Shown here: piece by piece, positions 17,517-25,052 of the stretch
Layout: every line of letters starts with the position of its first letter
Numbering within the stretch: the first letter of the stretch is position 1
NCBI GenBank assembly: GCA_030748535.1
Contig: JASMLU010000001.1
Coordinates: 151,087 to 215,086 of the forward strand
Reading direction: 5' to 3'
Length of the DNA stretch: 64,000 nucleotides
From: Candidatus Krumholzibacteriia bacterium
GTDB taxonomy: Bacteria > Krumholzibacteriota > Krumholzibacteriia > JACNKJ01
Position numbers and translations under genes: made by a program
The notes under the pieces: generated by a model
Seen by the model: the letters and a program-made list of their open reading frames with translations, nothing else
What the model was told of the DNA's origin: nothing
Databases searched by the model: none

Positions 17517-19982
17517 ATGATTGGAACCCGCCATTTGCTTCGGAAGGCGAAGAAGTCCTTCCCCTACTTCCTGCTCCTGATGGCTCTCCTCTTGAGTCTC
17601 GCCGGATTGTATGACCGTTGGGAGACCCCCTATCCCACTTTCAGAATTCATAATCTCAGGATCTACACCTCTCAGCCTATCCCAGGAGGTCTAAGAGGCA
17701 AGGATCTACTGCTGGCCGTGAATGGCGAGATTGTTCACCGGGATCAGCAGGCCATGAGTCTTGTCTCGAAACTCAAGGGCGAGGAAGGTGTCCTGAAGGT
17801 TCTCCGTGAGGGGCAGGAAGTTCTGGTCCCCTACTCCGCCCCTTTTCCCGGACTTGGAATCCGCTCTGCTTCCAGCCTGAGGGTTCTCGCGTCTCTCTTC
17901 ATTCTGCTTGCGGCCGCCTTTGTCTACAAGAAACGGCAAGACCCGCTGGCCCTGCTGTTCTTGCTTCTCTGTTTTCTTCTTGCATCACTCCTTTCTCCCC
18001 ATCCGCGATTTGAGGCGTCCTTCCCCGGCTTGCTTCTGGAATTGGGCAACGATCTTCTTTCCCTTTTCTTTGCTCCCCTGTTTCTGCATTTCCTGATTCT
18101 CTTTCCGGAGAGCAGGCCACGCTCCCTGGGGATCCGACTGCTGATCTATCTCCCTTCTTTCCTTTTTGCCGTGATGGACGCGGCGATTCTTTTCGCCTTC
18201 ATGCCCTGGTCGGGGCTAATGGAATATCTCGAAATTCTGGCCAGCCTTCATTCGGTTCTTCTCCTGCTTCTTGCCCTGCTTGTTCTTCTGATAAAAGTCT
18301 TCCGCAGAAGCCGCAGGAGGGAGAGGTACCGTCTGCGCCTTGTCCTCTCGGGGGCGGCTCTGGGGCTTTTCCCTCTGCTGATTTTCCAGATCCTGCAGAT
18401 GGTGATCCCCCAGGAGATCCTCGCAGCTTCGCGCTGGGCTCCTGTCTTTCTTGTCTTCCTCCCTCTCAGCTTCGCCTATGGAATGTTGGGAAAGGATTTA
18501 CTGTCACTTAGACAGTCTGCTCTCACCTTGAGCAGGAGTATCCTCCGTAGCCTGTTCTTCATTGGACTCTTTCTACTTCTTCATGGCCTATTTCTCTCCT
18601 TGTCAGAGGGAGATTTCGGAGGACTTGGCTCTTTCCTCGGCTCCGGCCTGGTGCTGGCTCTTTCTCTCGTTCTCTGGGCACCCGTTCAGGGTGTCTTTCC
18701 GGGGAAGGGTAAGAAGAGACCGGAAGACGAGCTTCTCCAGTCCTACCCGATCCTGTCCGGAAGGATCCTCAGCTCCAGCCTTTCCGAACTTCAGGAGGCT
18801 CTCTCCGCTGCCTTGATGGAGGATCTGGGTGCTTCCTGGGTAGATTGGTATTCTCTGGAAGAGGGAAAGTGGAATCCGGATTTCACTCTCCTGCATGTGG
18901 AGGTGGAGTCTGAGGAAGCGAAGCCTCAGGTGCTTCCCGATCAGTTGGCCCAGACTCTGGCATCCGGCCAGTGTTTGCTTGCTGCCGACCTCTGGGACCC
19001 CTACTGGGCCTCCGCACATCTGGGAAAGGAAGGGCTGGAGTTTTGCAGGAAACACGATTGGTCCATCCTGCTCTCCTTCCCCCAAAAGGACTCCGTTTCC
19101 CGTCTGATTGTCCTTGGGCCGCAACTCCGGCACTCCCTCCACTCCCCCGAGTTGCTAAGCAGATTTCAGAGCCTTATGCCTTCCCTGTCTCTTCAACTGG
19201 GAAACCTCTCCCTTCTTGATCGTCTGGCGAAAGAGAAACAGATTGAGCATGAGCTGAGACTGGCGCGGCAGATCCAACAGAGTCTGATTCCCTCCACTCC
19301 TCCCGAGAGGAAAGGCCTTGAACTACTGGGCAAGATGATTCCCAGTGGTGAGGTGGGCGGAGACTATTTCGATTTTCTGGAAACTGCCGATGGCCACCTG
19401 GGCCTTGCTCTTGGCGACGCTACAGGGAAGGGAATCCCGGCGGCTCTGCTCATGGCAGGAGTTGCCCAGACCTTTCACAGCCAGGCCTTTGCCATGCGTT
19501 CACCCGCGGCGGTTCTTTCCGGAATGAACCAGTCCCTGATTGATGCCCGCTCCGACCCGGTATTCGAGGGCTTTTTCGTTGCCTTCTTCTTCGCTCTCTT
19601 CAATCAGGAGAAATCCGTACTCCGCTTTTGCAATGCGGGCATGCCCACTCCCTGGATTTTCCGCAAGAACGGGGAGATTGAGAGACTTCACCGGGGCGGT
19701 CCTTTTCTCGGGATTAGCAGCGACGGGAGCTTTCAGGAAGGACTTCTGCGTCTGGAAGCAGGAGATCTCCTCTTTCTGCGCTCCGACGGCTTCGAAGAAC
19801 AGGAAAACGAGGCGGGAGAACGCTTTGGCGAGGATCGCCTGCTGGAATGGGTAAAAAACCATCAGTCACTCCCCCTTTCTGACCTTTTTACGGAATTAAT
19901 TGCCACGATTGAAGACCATGCAGCTTCTGCTATCCGCGATGATATCTCCTTGATCCTCATGCGATTACGGGATTCCTGCTGA
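17517..19982 (+). CDS. membrane-bound PP2C (SpoIIE/RsbU-type) serine phosphatase with multi-TM sensor region
   Basis: N-terminal TM plus a PDZ-like stretch, ~8 hydrophobic segments. C-terminal GGDYFDF, GDATGKGIPAALLM, RSDGF, DDISLILMRL. Confidence 0.8.
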   Translation: MIGTRHLLRKAKKSFPYFLLLMALLLSLAGLYDRWETPYPTFRIHNLRIYTSQPIPGGLRGKDLLLAVNGEIVHRDQQAMSLVSKLKGEEGVLKVLREGQEVLVPYSAPFPGLGIRSASSLRVLASLFILLAAAFVYKKRQDPLALLFLLLCFLLASLLSPHPRFEASFPGLLLELGNDLLSLFFAPLFLHFLILFPESRPRSLGIRLLIYLPSFLFAVMDAAILFAFMPWSGLMEYLEILASLHSVLLLLLALLVLLIKVFRRSRRRERYRLRLVLSGAALGLFPLLIFQILQMVIPQEILAASRWAPVFLVFLPLSFAYGMLGKDLLSLRQSALTLSRSILRSLFFIGLFLLLHGLFLSLSEGDFGGLGSFLGSGLVLALSLVLWAPVQGVFPGKGKKRPEDELLQSYPILSGRILSSSLSELQEALSAALMEDLGASWVDWYSLEEGKWNPDFTLLHVEVESEEAKPQVLPDQLAQTLASGQCLLAADLWDPYWASAHLGKEGLEFCRKHDWSILLSFPQKDSVSRLIVLGPQLRHSLHSPELLSRFQSLMPSLSLQLGNLSLLDRLAKEKQIEHELRLARQIQQSLIPSTPPERKGLELLGKMIPSGEVGGDYFDFLETADGHLGLALGDATGKGIPAALLMAGVAQTFHSQAFAMRSPAAVLSGMNQSLIDARSDPVFEGFFVAFFFALFNQEKSVLRFCNAGMPTPWIFRKNGEIERLHRGGPFLGISSDGSFQEGLLRLEAGDLLFLRSDGFEEQENEAGERFGEDRLLEWVKNHQSLPLSDLFTELIATIEDHAASAIRDDISLILMRLRDSC

Positions 19983-20056
19983 AATCCACCATCTCCGGCA
20001 CATGAAATGCTCCAGAAGGAAGGAATCCATCGGATTCCAAGCAGAAAGGAGTCTCC

Positions 20057-20113
20057 ATGTTTCCGTGGTACGTTATCTTTCTGATCGACATCTTCTGGTG
20101 GCTGAAAGGCTAA
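20057..20113 (+). CDS. candidate 18-aa hydrophobic micropeptide MFPWYVIFLIDIFWWLKG
   Basis: AGGAG 5 nt upstream of the ATG; a strong terminator starts 32 nt after the stop. Too short for homology-by-eye. Confidence 0.35.
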   Translation: MFPWYVIFLIDIFWWLKG

Positions 20114-20145
20114 ATCAAGAGGACTGATATGATTAGCGATCTGTA

Positions 20146-20176
20146 GGGCGTCTCCCAGCAAGGAGACGCCCTTTTT
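20146..20176 (+). terminator. intrinsic terminator
   Basis: GGGCGTCTCC-cagcaa-GGAGACGCCC (perfect 10-bp stem) followed by TTTTT. Confidence 0.85.
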
Positions 20177-20262
20177 CATGTATCGCTTGAGAATAACTTC
20201 CCATGTTGCTGAAAACAGGCGACTTCAGAGGGTGCTCTTCGGAGAGAAAATGAGGGAAGGCG

Positions 20263-20291
20263 TTGACAGGCAGGGATTCGCTTGCTAAAGT
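20263..20291 (+). promoter_or_regulatory. consensus-like sigma70 promoter TTGACA-N17-TAAAGT with extended -10 (TGc)
   Basis: Perfect -35, 17-nt spacer ending cTTGC, -10 TAAAGT. No CDS lies downstream. Confidence 0.6.
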
Positions 20292-20296
20292 TTATG

Positions 20297-20412
20297 GGCA
20301 GTCTATTCTGCGGGTATGTCGTCCTTGTACCTCAAGCATCTTAGCGAAGCGCTTGCCGCACGAGCCTCTGAAGGGTTGGGACAAAACGTATCAGCGGTTT
20401 AGGCTGCATTTT
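20297..20412 (+). ncRNA. candidate ~115-nt rod-like small RNA (family unknown)
   Basis: Starts ~7 nt after the promoter -10. The 5' end GCAGUCUA..CUGC.GGUAUG pairs with the 3' end CGUAUC.GCGG..UAGGCUGC, followed by AUUUU. Four G-U pairs exist only on the plus strand. Confidence 0.4.
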
Positions 20413-20416
20413 CAGG

Positions 20417-20490
20417 TACCCCCGACAGGATTCGAACCTGTGGCACCCGGTTTAGGAAACCGGTGCTCTATCCACCTGAGCTACGGGGGC
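20417..20490 (-). tRNA. tRNA-Arg (anticodon CCT)
   Basis: Hand-folded cloverleaf: GCCCCCG acceptor, CCGGT/ACCGG anticodon stem, loop TTCCTAA, ACAGG TTCGAAT CCTGT T-arm. G1-U72 wobble. Begins 2 nt after the sigma-gene stop codon. Confidence 0.9.
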
Positions 20491-20492
20491 AA

Positions 20493-21308
20493 TCATGGAT
20501 CCACATCCTCTGAGGTAATCAGGAGCCTCAATTTCCTCAAGGCTCCCTTTTCAATCTGCCGGGCTCTTTCCCGGGTGATCCCAAAGGCCTGGCCCGTTAT
20601 CTCCAGAGTCTGAAAATCTCCGCCACTTTCAAATCCATAACGAATCCGCAGAATCGCTCTTTCCCGCTCCGACAGTTTTTCGAGCAGGCGATGAAGCTGC
20701 TCATGCTCCAACTGGAGGCTCACCAGTTCTTCCGGACTCTGGCTCGTCTGGTTCTTGCCCTCGGAGTAGAGTTCCCGAAACGCGCCCTGGCTCATCATGA
20801 GATCGAGAGACAGAATTCCGTGAACCAGATTCCTGACAAGATGCGCTTTGCGTTTCGAGCAATGGAGGCGCTTCGACAGAGCCTCGTCGTCTAGGCGAGT
20901 GTCCCCCTCCTCCTCAGCGCCCAGGCGCAGGAAGCGATTGACCAGTTGGAAGACATGGAATGGGATTCGAATCGTTCGCCCCTGATTGGATACGCAGCGT
21001 GCCATTGCCTGCTTCACCCAGTAGGAAGCATAGGTGGAGAAACGAAAGCCCCGTTCCGGGTCGAACTTTTCCACTGCCCGAATCAGTCCGAGATTCCCCT
21101 CTTCCACAATGTCCAGAAAAGGAACGCCCCGTCCTCGATAGGACCGGGCGATACTCACCACCAGTTTGAGATTTGCGAGGATCAGCTTTCGCTTGGCCTC
21201 AGCATCTCCACTCTGGACCCCCCTGCCGAGATCCCTCTCCTCCTCTGCGGACAAGAGAGGAAGGCCCGCAATTTCACGAATGTATCTGGACTCGTAATCC
21301 GTAGACAT
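20493..21308 (-). CDS. group-2 (RpoD/RpoS-like) sigma-70 family sigma factor
   Basis: Regions 1.2-4 with no region 1.1. Region 2.4 is YASYWVKQAMARCV; region 4.2 is GITRERARQIEKGALRKLR. GGAGG SD. Confidence 0.85.
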   Translation of the reverse strand: MSTDYESRYIREIAGLPLLSAEEERDLGRGVQSGDAEAKRKLILANLKLVVSIARSYRGRGVPFLDIVEEGNLGLIRAVEKFDPERGFRFSTYASYWVKQAMARCVSNQGRTIRIPFHVFQLVNRFLRLGAEEEGDTRLDDEALSKRLHCSKRKAHLVRNLVHGILSLDLMMSQGAFRELYSEGKNQTSQSPEELVSLQLEHEQLHRLLEKLSERERAILRIRYGFESGGDFQTLEITGQAFGITRERARQIEKGALRKLRLLITSEDVDP

Positions 21309-21327
21309 CGACCTCCAGAATCAAAGG

Positions 21328-21402
21328 TCGGGGCGAGAAGATTTGAACTTCCGACCTCCTGTTCCCGAAACAGGCGCGCTAACCGGGCTGCGCTACGCCC
21401 CG
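21328..21402 (-). tRNA. tRNA-Pro (anticodon CGG)
   Basis: CGGGGCG acceptor, CCTGT/ACAGG anticodon stem, loop TTCGGGA, GGAAG TTCAAAT CTTCT T-arm. 3' end lies 19 nt before the sigma ATG. Confidence 0.9.
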
Positions 21403-21412
21403 AATCCAGCCG

Positions 21413-21441
21413 AATGTAATGCATCATTCAGCCCTTGTAAA
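21413..21441 (-). promoter_or_regulatory. sigma70-type promoter TTTACA-N17-TACATT driving tRNA-Pro/sigma/tRNA-Arg
   Basis: The -10 ends 10 nt before the mature tRNA 5' end. Confidence 0.6.
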
Positions 21442-21446
21442 GAGCC

Positions 21447-21947
21447 CTAGATTTGGCGGATGAGGAAACTGAGTCCAAGAACTCCCTTGCAGACGAGTGT
21501 CACCACGCATCCAGCAATCAGAATTCCCAGAAATATCGCGGGGAAAGCCACCCTTCGTTTCACGCCGAAAAGATAGGCGGCCACACTTCCTGTCCAGGCT
21601 CCCGTCACTGGAAGAGGAATCGCGACAAAAAGAACCAGCCCGAGGATCTTGAACCTCTCAAGCAGGCGTCCCTTTCTGCGAGTTCTCGCAAAAAGCCAAT
21701 CAAAGAATCGGCGAAAGACCGGGAATCTGCCAAGCCATGCCTCCGCCGGTTCCAGAAACAGGAGAATGGGAATGACGGGAATTGCGTTGCCAATTACAGA
21801 GAAGAGGTAGGATTGCAACCAGGGCATCTTCTCAATAAACAGGGCATAGGGAATGGAGCCACGCAGTTCCAGAATCGGCAACATGGCAAAGAAAAGGACT
21901 TTCCAGGCGCCGGGCCAGTCACGGGTCAATTCGAGAAGAAGGTCCAT
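21447..21947 (-). CDS. small multidrug-export-like membrane protein (PF06695-like)
   Basis: LELRGSIPYAL motif, 4-5 hydrophobic segments. Start set at ATG 21947, sharing one base with the pcm stop (TGATG). Confidence 0.55.
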   Translation of the reverse strand: MDLLLELTRDWPGAWKVLFFAMLPILELRGSIPYALFIEKMPWLQSYLFSVIGNAIPVIPILLFLEPAEAWLGRFPVFRRFFDWLFARTRRKGRLLERFKILGLVLFVAIPLPVTGAWTGSVAAYLFGVKRRVAFPAIFLGILIAGCVVTLVCKGVLGLSFLIRQI

Positions 21948-22591
21948 CAGCTCCCCACAGTGCGAGCGAGCATGGGGACAAACTGACAATCCCCCAGTTC
22001 CTCCTGATAAGCTCGATTCCCTTCCCGCCGGACTCTCAATAGTCGCTGGCGCCCATCCTTCTCCAGGGGGAGAAGAAGTTGTGCACCGTCGGCAAGTTGG
22101 TTCAGAAGTGCCTCCGGAATCTGACGAGGGGCAGCGGTCAGGAGAATGCGGTCAAAGGGAGCATCTTCAATCCAGCCTTCATAACCGTCTCCAACCCTGG
22201 ACCGGATTTTTCCCTGCAGCCCCATGGCCGACCAATGGGACAAAGCATTACGATGAAGGGAAGCGATTCTCTCCACAGTCCAGACCTCTGCGCCAAGAAG
22301 GTGCAAGAGAGCCGCCTGATATCCGGAACCGGTACCGACTTCCAGCACCTTCATCCCCGCCTGAAGTTGAAGGGATTCCGTCATGAAAGCGACAACCTCC
22401 GGGTGAGAGAGCGTCTGGCCGGCGCCGATGGGGAGTGCATCTTCTCCGTAGGCACGAAGAGCAAGGGCTGATTCGGCAAAGATGTGGCGCGGAATCTCCC
22501 TCATGGCGGCCAGAACCGCCTCGGAAGCGAGCTTCCTGTCCCGGATTCTCTGGACCATCCGGTTTCTTGCTACCTGATACTCGCCATTCAT
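21947..22591 (-). CDS. pcm: protein-L-isoaspartate O-methyltransferase
   Basis: SAM motif VLEVGTGSGYQAA and the LSHPEVVAFM block; ~214 aa. Overlaps the surE stop by 4 nt. Confidence 0.88.
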   Translation of the reverse strand: MNGEYQVARNRMVQRIRDRKLASEAVLAAMREIPRHIFAESALALRAYGEDALPIGAGQTLSHPEVVAFMTESLQLQAGMKVLEVGTGSGYQAALLHLLGAEVWTVERIASLHRNALSHWSAMGLQGKIRSRVGDGYEGWIEDAPFDRILLTAAPRQIPEALLNQLADGAQLLLPLEKDGRQRLLRVRREGNRAYQEELGDCQFVPMLARTVGS

Positions 22592-23343
22592 GGAAGCTCC
22601 CGACTCCAGTTCTTCATCTGCGCAAGCCGCTCGTGGTTGGTTAAATCCAGAAGAAGCGGAGTGATGGAAATTTTCTTCTCCCGATGAACCGTGTAGAAGT
22701 CCGTGTACTTTTCATCTTCCCAGGTAGGCTCTTCCCCACCGATCCAGAAGTACTCCTTCTCGCGGGGATCCTTCTTTCTGATGATGACATCTCCGTAAAA
22801 GCGGCTTCCGAGGCGGGTCACTTCCACCCCCCTGACTTCATTCCAGGGAAGACTGGGGACATTGACGTTGAGAAGGGTGCCGGGGACGGTCAAGGACTCT
22901 GCTTCATTTCTTACCATTCGGGAAACATACTGCACGGCAGCCTCGAAGTTCGGTTCACGAAAACTGGTAACCGAGATCGCCATCGCAGGAATGCCGAGAA
23001 TCGCAGCTTCGATGGCGGCGGCAACCGTCCCCGAGTAGTGAACGTCCTCTCCCATGTTCGGCCCATGATTGATTCCTGAAATCACCAGATCCGGCGGATT
23101 GGATTCCATGACGCCATTGAATGCCATCAGAACCGAGTCGGCGGGAGTCCCCGAAACGCTGTACACCCGATCACTCAACTTGCGGCGACGCAGGATCGTC
23201 TCCAAAGTGAGACTGTGGCTGGTGGCGCTCTGCTCGGAAGCCGGGGCTACCACCCAAAGCTCGCAAAGAGACTCCAGTTCCGCCTGGAGCGCTCGAAGGC
23301 CCTGAGCATAAATGCCATCATCGTTCGTAAGAAGTACTCGCAT
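22588..23343 (-). CDS. surE: 5'/3'-nucleotidase SurE
   Basis: MRVLLTNDDGIYAQG N-terminus; SGINHGPNMG; ~251 aa. Confidence 0.9.
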   Translation of the reverse strand: MRVLLTNDDGIYAQGLRALQAELESLCELWVVAPASEQSATSHSLTLETILRRRKLSDRVYSVSGTPADSVLMAFNGVMESNPPDLVISGINHGPNMGEDVHYSGTVAAAIEAAILGIPAMAISVTSFREPNFEAAVQYVSRMVRNEAESLTVPGTLLNVNVPSLPWNEVRGVEVTRLGSRFYGDVIIRKKDPREKEYFWIGGEEPTWEDEKYTDFYTVHREKKISITPLLLDLTNHERLAQMKNWSRELP

Positions 23344-23349
23344 GCGGGC

Positions 23350-23378
23350 AATCTAGCAAAGGAGCAGTTTTGCGGACA
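23350..23378 (-). promoter_or_regulatory. candidate extended -10 promoter (TGTCCG-N17-tTTGC-TAGATT) giving a leaderless surE mRNA
   Basis: The -10 ends exactly 6 nt before the surE ATG. Weak -35. Confidence 0.35.
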
Positions 23379-23485
23379 GGGAAATCTGCAGGGCAATTGG
23401 ACAGGACGGCAGGATCCGGGAACTCAGGATCATGGTAAGCTCGGCGGCAAGTGTGACCAGGGCTACGCTGCACCCAAGGGATAAT

Positions 23486-23513
23486 GAAAAACCCCGCGAC
23501 TTTCGCCGCGGGG
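23486..23513 (-). terminator. intrinsic terminator after tRNA-Pro(GGG)
   Basis: Minus strand: CCCCGCG-gcgaaagt-CGCGGGG followed by TTTTT. Confidence 0.85.
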
Positions 23514-23516
23514 TGA

Positions 23517-23593
23517 TGGTCGGGGCGACTGGATTTGAACCAGCGACCACTTACCCCCCATGCAAGTGCGCTACCGGACTGCGCTACGCCCCG
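23517..23593 (-). tRNA. tRNA-Pro (anticodon GGG), CCA encoded
   Basis: CGGGGCG acceptor, loop ATGGGGG, GCTGG TTCAAAT CCAGT T-arm, 3' ACCA. Confidence 0.88.
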
Positions 23594-23603
23594 ACAGGGA
23601 AGC

Positions 23604-23632
23604 AGTGTAGGTAAGGAAGCACTCTTTCTCAA
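23604..23632 (-). promoter_or_regulatory. sigma70-type promoter TTGAGA-N17-TACACT for tRNA-Pro(GGG)
   Basis: The -10 ends 10 nt before the mature tRNA 5' end. The -35 overlaps the MerR-gene stop codon. Confidence 0.5.
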
Positions 23633-24009
23633 GAGCCAATTTCAAGTTCTTTCCGAAGATCAAGAAGGCCCTCGCGAAGCTCCTTGAGCAGTTGCCTCTG
23701 GTTGGCTCTGCCGAAGGGAATTTCCAGTTGGTCCACGAGATCCCGAACCTTCCTCGTGGAGGCAAGGCGATGGCGGGCACCCTTGATCGTGTAGCCTTCT
23801 TCGTGAAGCAGTTTGCGAATGGCCAGAATCAACTCAATATCCCGTTCGCGGTAGTGCCTCTTGCCCGAGGAATTCTTCTTCGGACTCAGGCTGGGGAACT
23901 CAGTCTCCCAGTAACGAAGAACATGGGCCTTTACTCCGGTCACTTCAGAAACTTCACTGATACTCCAGTAAAGCCGTTTCACTTCCTTTGTCTTTCGGGC
24001 CTTCTTCAT
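23629..24009 (-). CDS. MerR-family transcriptional regulator
   Basis: [25 protein letters not shown] winged-HTH, then [11 protein letters not shown]. Start set at ATG 24009 (MKKARK), 1 nt after the gpsA stop. Confidence 0.75.
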   Translation of the reverse strand: MKKARKTKEVKRLYWSISEVSEVTGVKAHVLRYWETEFPSLSPKKNSSGKRHYRERDIELILAIRKLLHEEGYTIKGARHRLASTRKVRDLVDQLEIPFGRANQRQLLKELREGLLDLRKELEIGS

Positions 24010-24010
24010 T

Positions 24011-25045
24011 TTAGGAGCTGGCGACATCGACTTCTCCCTTTCGGATTTCGTGAGCGGGATCCCGGGTCATCAGATCCCGGATTGCCTCTCTCGCATCCAG
24101 GTCCTCAAACAGGGTTGCATAGACCTTGGAAGTGATGGGCATTTCCACATTTCGGTCCAGGGACAGAGTATGGAGAGTTCTAGTGGTGTGAACGCCCTCT
24201 GAAACCTGAACCATTTCTGCCAGTATTTCCTGAAGGCTCTTCCCCTCGCCGATCTTCTGTCCGACAAAGCGATTCCTGCTGTGCTCGCTGAAGCAGGTGG
24301 TAACCAGATCTCCCACGCCAGCCAAGCCGAGCAAAGTTTCCCTGCGTCCCCCATGCGCCTCAATAAACCGACCCATCTCTGCGAGGCCGCGACTGAGGAG
24401 AGCCCCCTTGATATTGTCACCTAATCCTAACCCATCACAGATACCTGCCGCAAGGGCGATCACATTCTTCATGGCCACACCCAACTGGCTTCCCGTCAGA
24501 TCATCATTCACATAAACTCGGAGATAGTCGTTGGAAATGTTCTCCTGCAGTTGCTTCCTCCTGGGAGTATCCGGGCCGGCAAGGACCAGTGCCGTCGGCA
24601 TTTGCTTTGCCACCTCTTCTGCGTGACTGGGTCCGACAAGTGCAAAGATTTGCTCCGGAGAGAGACTGGCAGTATTTGCGATCGCCTCGCTAAGCGGGTG
24701 CCCTGTTTCAGGATCCAGACCCTTGGAGGCAAGAATCCAGGCCGCCTTGGGAGGAAGGGTCGGGCACTGGGAGATTCTCAGGCTTACCTCGCGGATCACC
24801 GGACTGGGAACCACGAGAAGTAAGGCATCGCAGTTCTCAAGTGCCTTCTCGAGATCCGTCGTTGCCTGAAGCTTGGCAGGCAGGGAGACCCCGGGAAGAT
24901 ACTTCCGGTTTTCCAACTCTTTCTGAATGGGGTGGATCTCTTCTTCCAGATGGCCCCAGAGAAAGACCTCATTGCCAGATTCAAGAAGAGCCTTGCCCAG
25001 CGCAGTCCCCCAACTGCCACAACCGATGACCGCGATCTTCAGCAT
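24011..25045 (-). CDS. gpsA: NAD(P)H-dependent glycerol-3-phosphate dehydrogenase
   Basis: IAVIGCGSWGTALG Rossmann; NVIALAAGI and SRNRxxG blocks. Confidence 0.9.
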   Translation of the reverse strand: MLKIAVIGCGSWGTALGKALLESGNEVFLWGHLEEEIHPIQKELENRKYLPGVSLPAKLQATTDLEKALENCDALLLVVPSPVIREVSLRISQCPTLPPKAAWILASKGLDPETGHPLSEAIANTASLSPEQIFALVGPSHAEEVAKQMPTALVLAGPDTPRRKQLQENISNDYLRVYVNDDLTGSQLGVAMKNVIALAAGICDGLGLGDNIKGALLSRGLAEMGRFIEAHGGRRETLLGLAGVGDLVTTCFSEHSRNRFVGQKIGEGKSLQEILAEMVQVSEGVHTTRTLHTLSLDRNVEMPITSKVYATLFEDLDAREAIRDLMTRDPAHEIRKGEVDVASS

Positions 25046-25052
25046 TTCACTC

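Noticed and set aside
20297-20412. Whether the candidate sRNA is SRP (4.5S) RNA or 6S RNA.
   Set aside because: The length and rod shape resemble 4.5S RNA. However, I cannot find the conserved domain IV elements (GNAR tetraloop flanked by AGG...AGCA). It is also too short for a typical ~180-nt 6S RNA with a central bubble. The family is left open.
20263-20613. 116-aa plus-strand ORF.
   Set aside because: It begins at the promoter -35, then runs through the candidate sRNA and, antisense, through tRNA-Arg and the sigma gene 3' end. The 16-codon ATG at 20294 also lies upstream of the predicted TSS.
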